From the NCBI RefSeq assembly GCF_963921235.1, contig NC_086097.1, positions 214,646,001 to 214,710,000 of the forward strand: DNA of 64,000 nt. The letters are read 5' to 3'. Position numbers and translations under genes: made by a program. This DNA is from Mobula hypostoma (Eukaryota). Below, one piece after another: positions 62,301 to 64,000 of the stretch. How positions within the stretch are numbered: the stretch's first letter is position 1; every line of letters begins with the position of its first letter. The notes below the pieces were generated by a model that did not search any database, was not told where the DNA came from, and saw only the letters and a list, made by a program, of their open reading frames with translations.

Positions 62301-63725
62301 AGGTGTCCACTACTGTCAGAACTATTTCCAGCACTCCCAAAGTCAATTCCTACAACACCACAGACGAACACCCAGAATCTGAGATTATTTCATAGTCACA
62401 AGTCTCACTTGCCAATCGGAGTGATTTCTGCCTTGTCAAGAAAGTCATTATCCCGTAAGGATAAGAAAGCCTCCACAGCAAATAAATCTTTTGGCCTGAA
62501 TGGAACAGTTTAAAAATTACTATGCTGTTGATATCTTTACAATTGTTGTATTATATACAGTGTATTGTGTGTATGTATGTACTGTATATAATTTGAGATG
62601 CATTCTATATTGAGTGCATGGTTATGGTTAAGCAGGGAGGAGTGTTGTGCATTTAATATTTCAATAATATGTGAGTTAAATTGTATATATATCGTTTGGT
62701 TAAATGTTCTTGGTTGCTTAAATAATTCATTATGGGTTATATGTGTAATGCCCTGGTTAAGATTTCTGCTGCTGTACTGTGAGGTAGTTTCTGTTGGCAG
62801 TTTTCTGTAAAAGCAGTGTGCCATGCTGAAAAGTGTGTTTTGGCTTTGGCTAAGATAAGGGCACATGTTGTCCAACTTAGGAATGTGAGTCAGCCAATCA
62901 GGATTGTGGAATGTGAGAGAAGGTTCCAGAGAGCTGTGGGGAAGAGTTTTCTGAAGGACAGTAGTCTGGTTTGGGGTCTTTTGGCGGGAGCTGGGGAGTG
63001 GGACACAAGGGAAGATGCCGCAGAGTGCCATGGGAAGGAGAGACTCTTACAAGAAGTGCTTTGTGCAGATGAATAGCTCCAAGGAGGAAGGCCAATACCC
63101 TGGAGAAAGAGCCAGTTTGTTCGAGATGGACTTTGAGGGAAGTTGAGACTATGACGTGGGTTTGGTGCCGTAACTAACAGTTATAGCCAGCTTTTGGAAG
63201 AGGTGAGCTCCAACGGTCATGTGCATGTTGAGACTGTTTTAACTGCAATAGGCCCTTTAATTTTAGTTTTTTATTAACTGTTTGATAAAGCTGAAATTGT
63301 CAATATACTTCCTTTATAATTTTATGCAATGTACGATCTGTTATTTCATGCTGACTGAAAATCGTGTATGGGCAGTACTTACGCAGCATTTGTTCAAATC
63401 AAGGTTCCGTTAATCGGAACATCCTAACTTTCCTGTTTGGTTGAACCCCAAATCATACTGACCCTAGACATGTATTGTTTATAAAGGTGACCTTCCCACC
63501 ACTGAGTCACGTGGCTGTTAGCCAAGTTAGCTGTCAAGCCAAGTTGGTATATGAGCCTGGTGAAAGGGTTACATATATAAAAGTATGTGTACAGTGTACG
63601 TCATCGCACCACTGCGTCATACGTATATGCATCACTTAAAGTAAAAATTAACTTAGACACATTATTCCTGGATCTGTTCTTTTGCCTTCAATTAATTTTA
63701 TGTTTTGGAGTTACAAAACATAACA
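59389..63725 (+). mobile_element. Old degenerate Gypsy (Mag-like) LTR retrotransposon lacking integrase
   Basis: LTRs 59389-59555 and 62643-63725 (interrupted) share tgttgtg...aaaacataaca; TSD ctcac/ctaac; PBS-like TGGTGAAGAAG (59560-59570); PPT 62630-62642; Gag (59807), CCHC remnants, MELDTGS, YLDD (~61495), RNase H (ERPIAFA, ERNYAQI). Confidence 0.88.
62744..63573. mobile_element. 830-bp solo LTR nested in the 3' LTR of the old Gypsy
   Basis: Termini TGTAATGCCCT...AGGGTTACA; 4-bp flanks tatg/tata; the host LTR resumes after 63573. Confidence 0.78.
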
Positions 63726-64000
63726 CTAACTATATTAGAGGCATGTTGTACCCCGATATTTATTTGGTCACCCGTTCCAATGCAGGCAAAGAACAATGTG
63801 TTGTTGGTACTTTAAGTATGTTTAGTCCTATTGACTGAAAATAGTTTTCTAGGCATAAAGAATTGCTGAAAGAACAGAATTGGGGAGAGTGTCTACTCTG
63901 CAGCAACACTAGTCCTGCTGGGCTTTCCTTTCCACTCATTCAACAAGGAGATTGCCTGCAGTTTCCCAAAATCCATTCCTAATGTTTGTGATCAGCATGC

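Overview
This is eukaryotic (vertebrate) DNA dominated by transposable elements. The mix of CR1 LINEs with (TTCTATG)-type tails, Rex1/Babar, Penelope, HERO, L1/Tx1 and Gypsy elements suggests a cartilaginous fish (shark/ray); that taxonomy is an inference. I can call no host gene confidently, and nearly all long ORFs are retroelement-derived. Main elements: a young, compact, full-length Gypsy LTR retrotransposon (3525-8000, minus; 229-bp LTRs, TCCCC TSD, single gag-pol frame with 4 lesions); an old integrase-less Gypsy (59389-63725) with a nested solo LTR; a dozen or more CR1 copies, often nested, including a near full-length one (29961-33969); and several MITEs or non-autonomous elements with visible TSDs. 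Most notable signals: (1) all 7 CR1 ORF1/ORF2 junctions in the window carry an invariant in-frame U_UUA_AAC slippery heptamer right before the ORF1 stop, and in the best-preserved copies an AUG-less ORF2 is open in the -1 frame, suggesting programmed -1 ribosomal frameshifting. (2) The young Gypsy has no tRNA primer-binding site; instead its leader is complementary to its own LTR, in self-priming geometry. (3) A Tigger MITE closely resembles my recollection of mammalian MER2/MER2B (horizontal-transfer candidate). (4) A chimeric tandem-CR1 unit occurs twice, one copy being the empty site for a 6-bp-TSD insertion in the other. Family names come from motif recognition, not database searches, and boundaries of degenerate elements are approximate.
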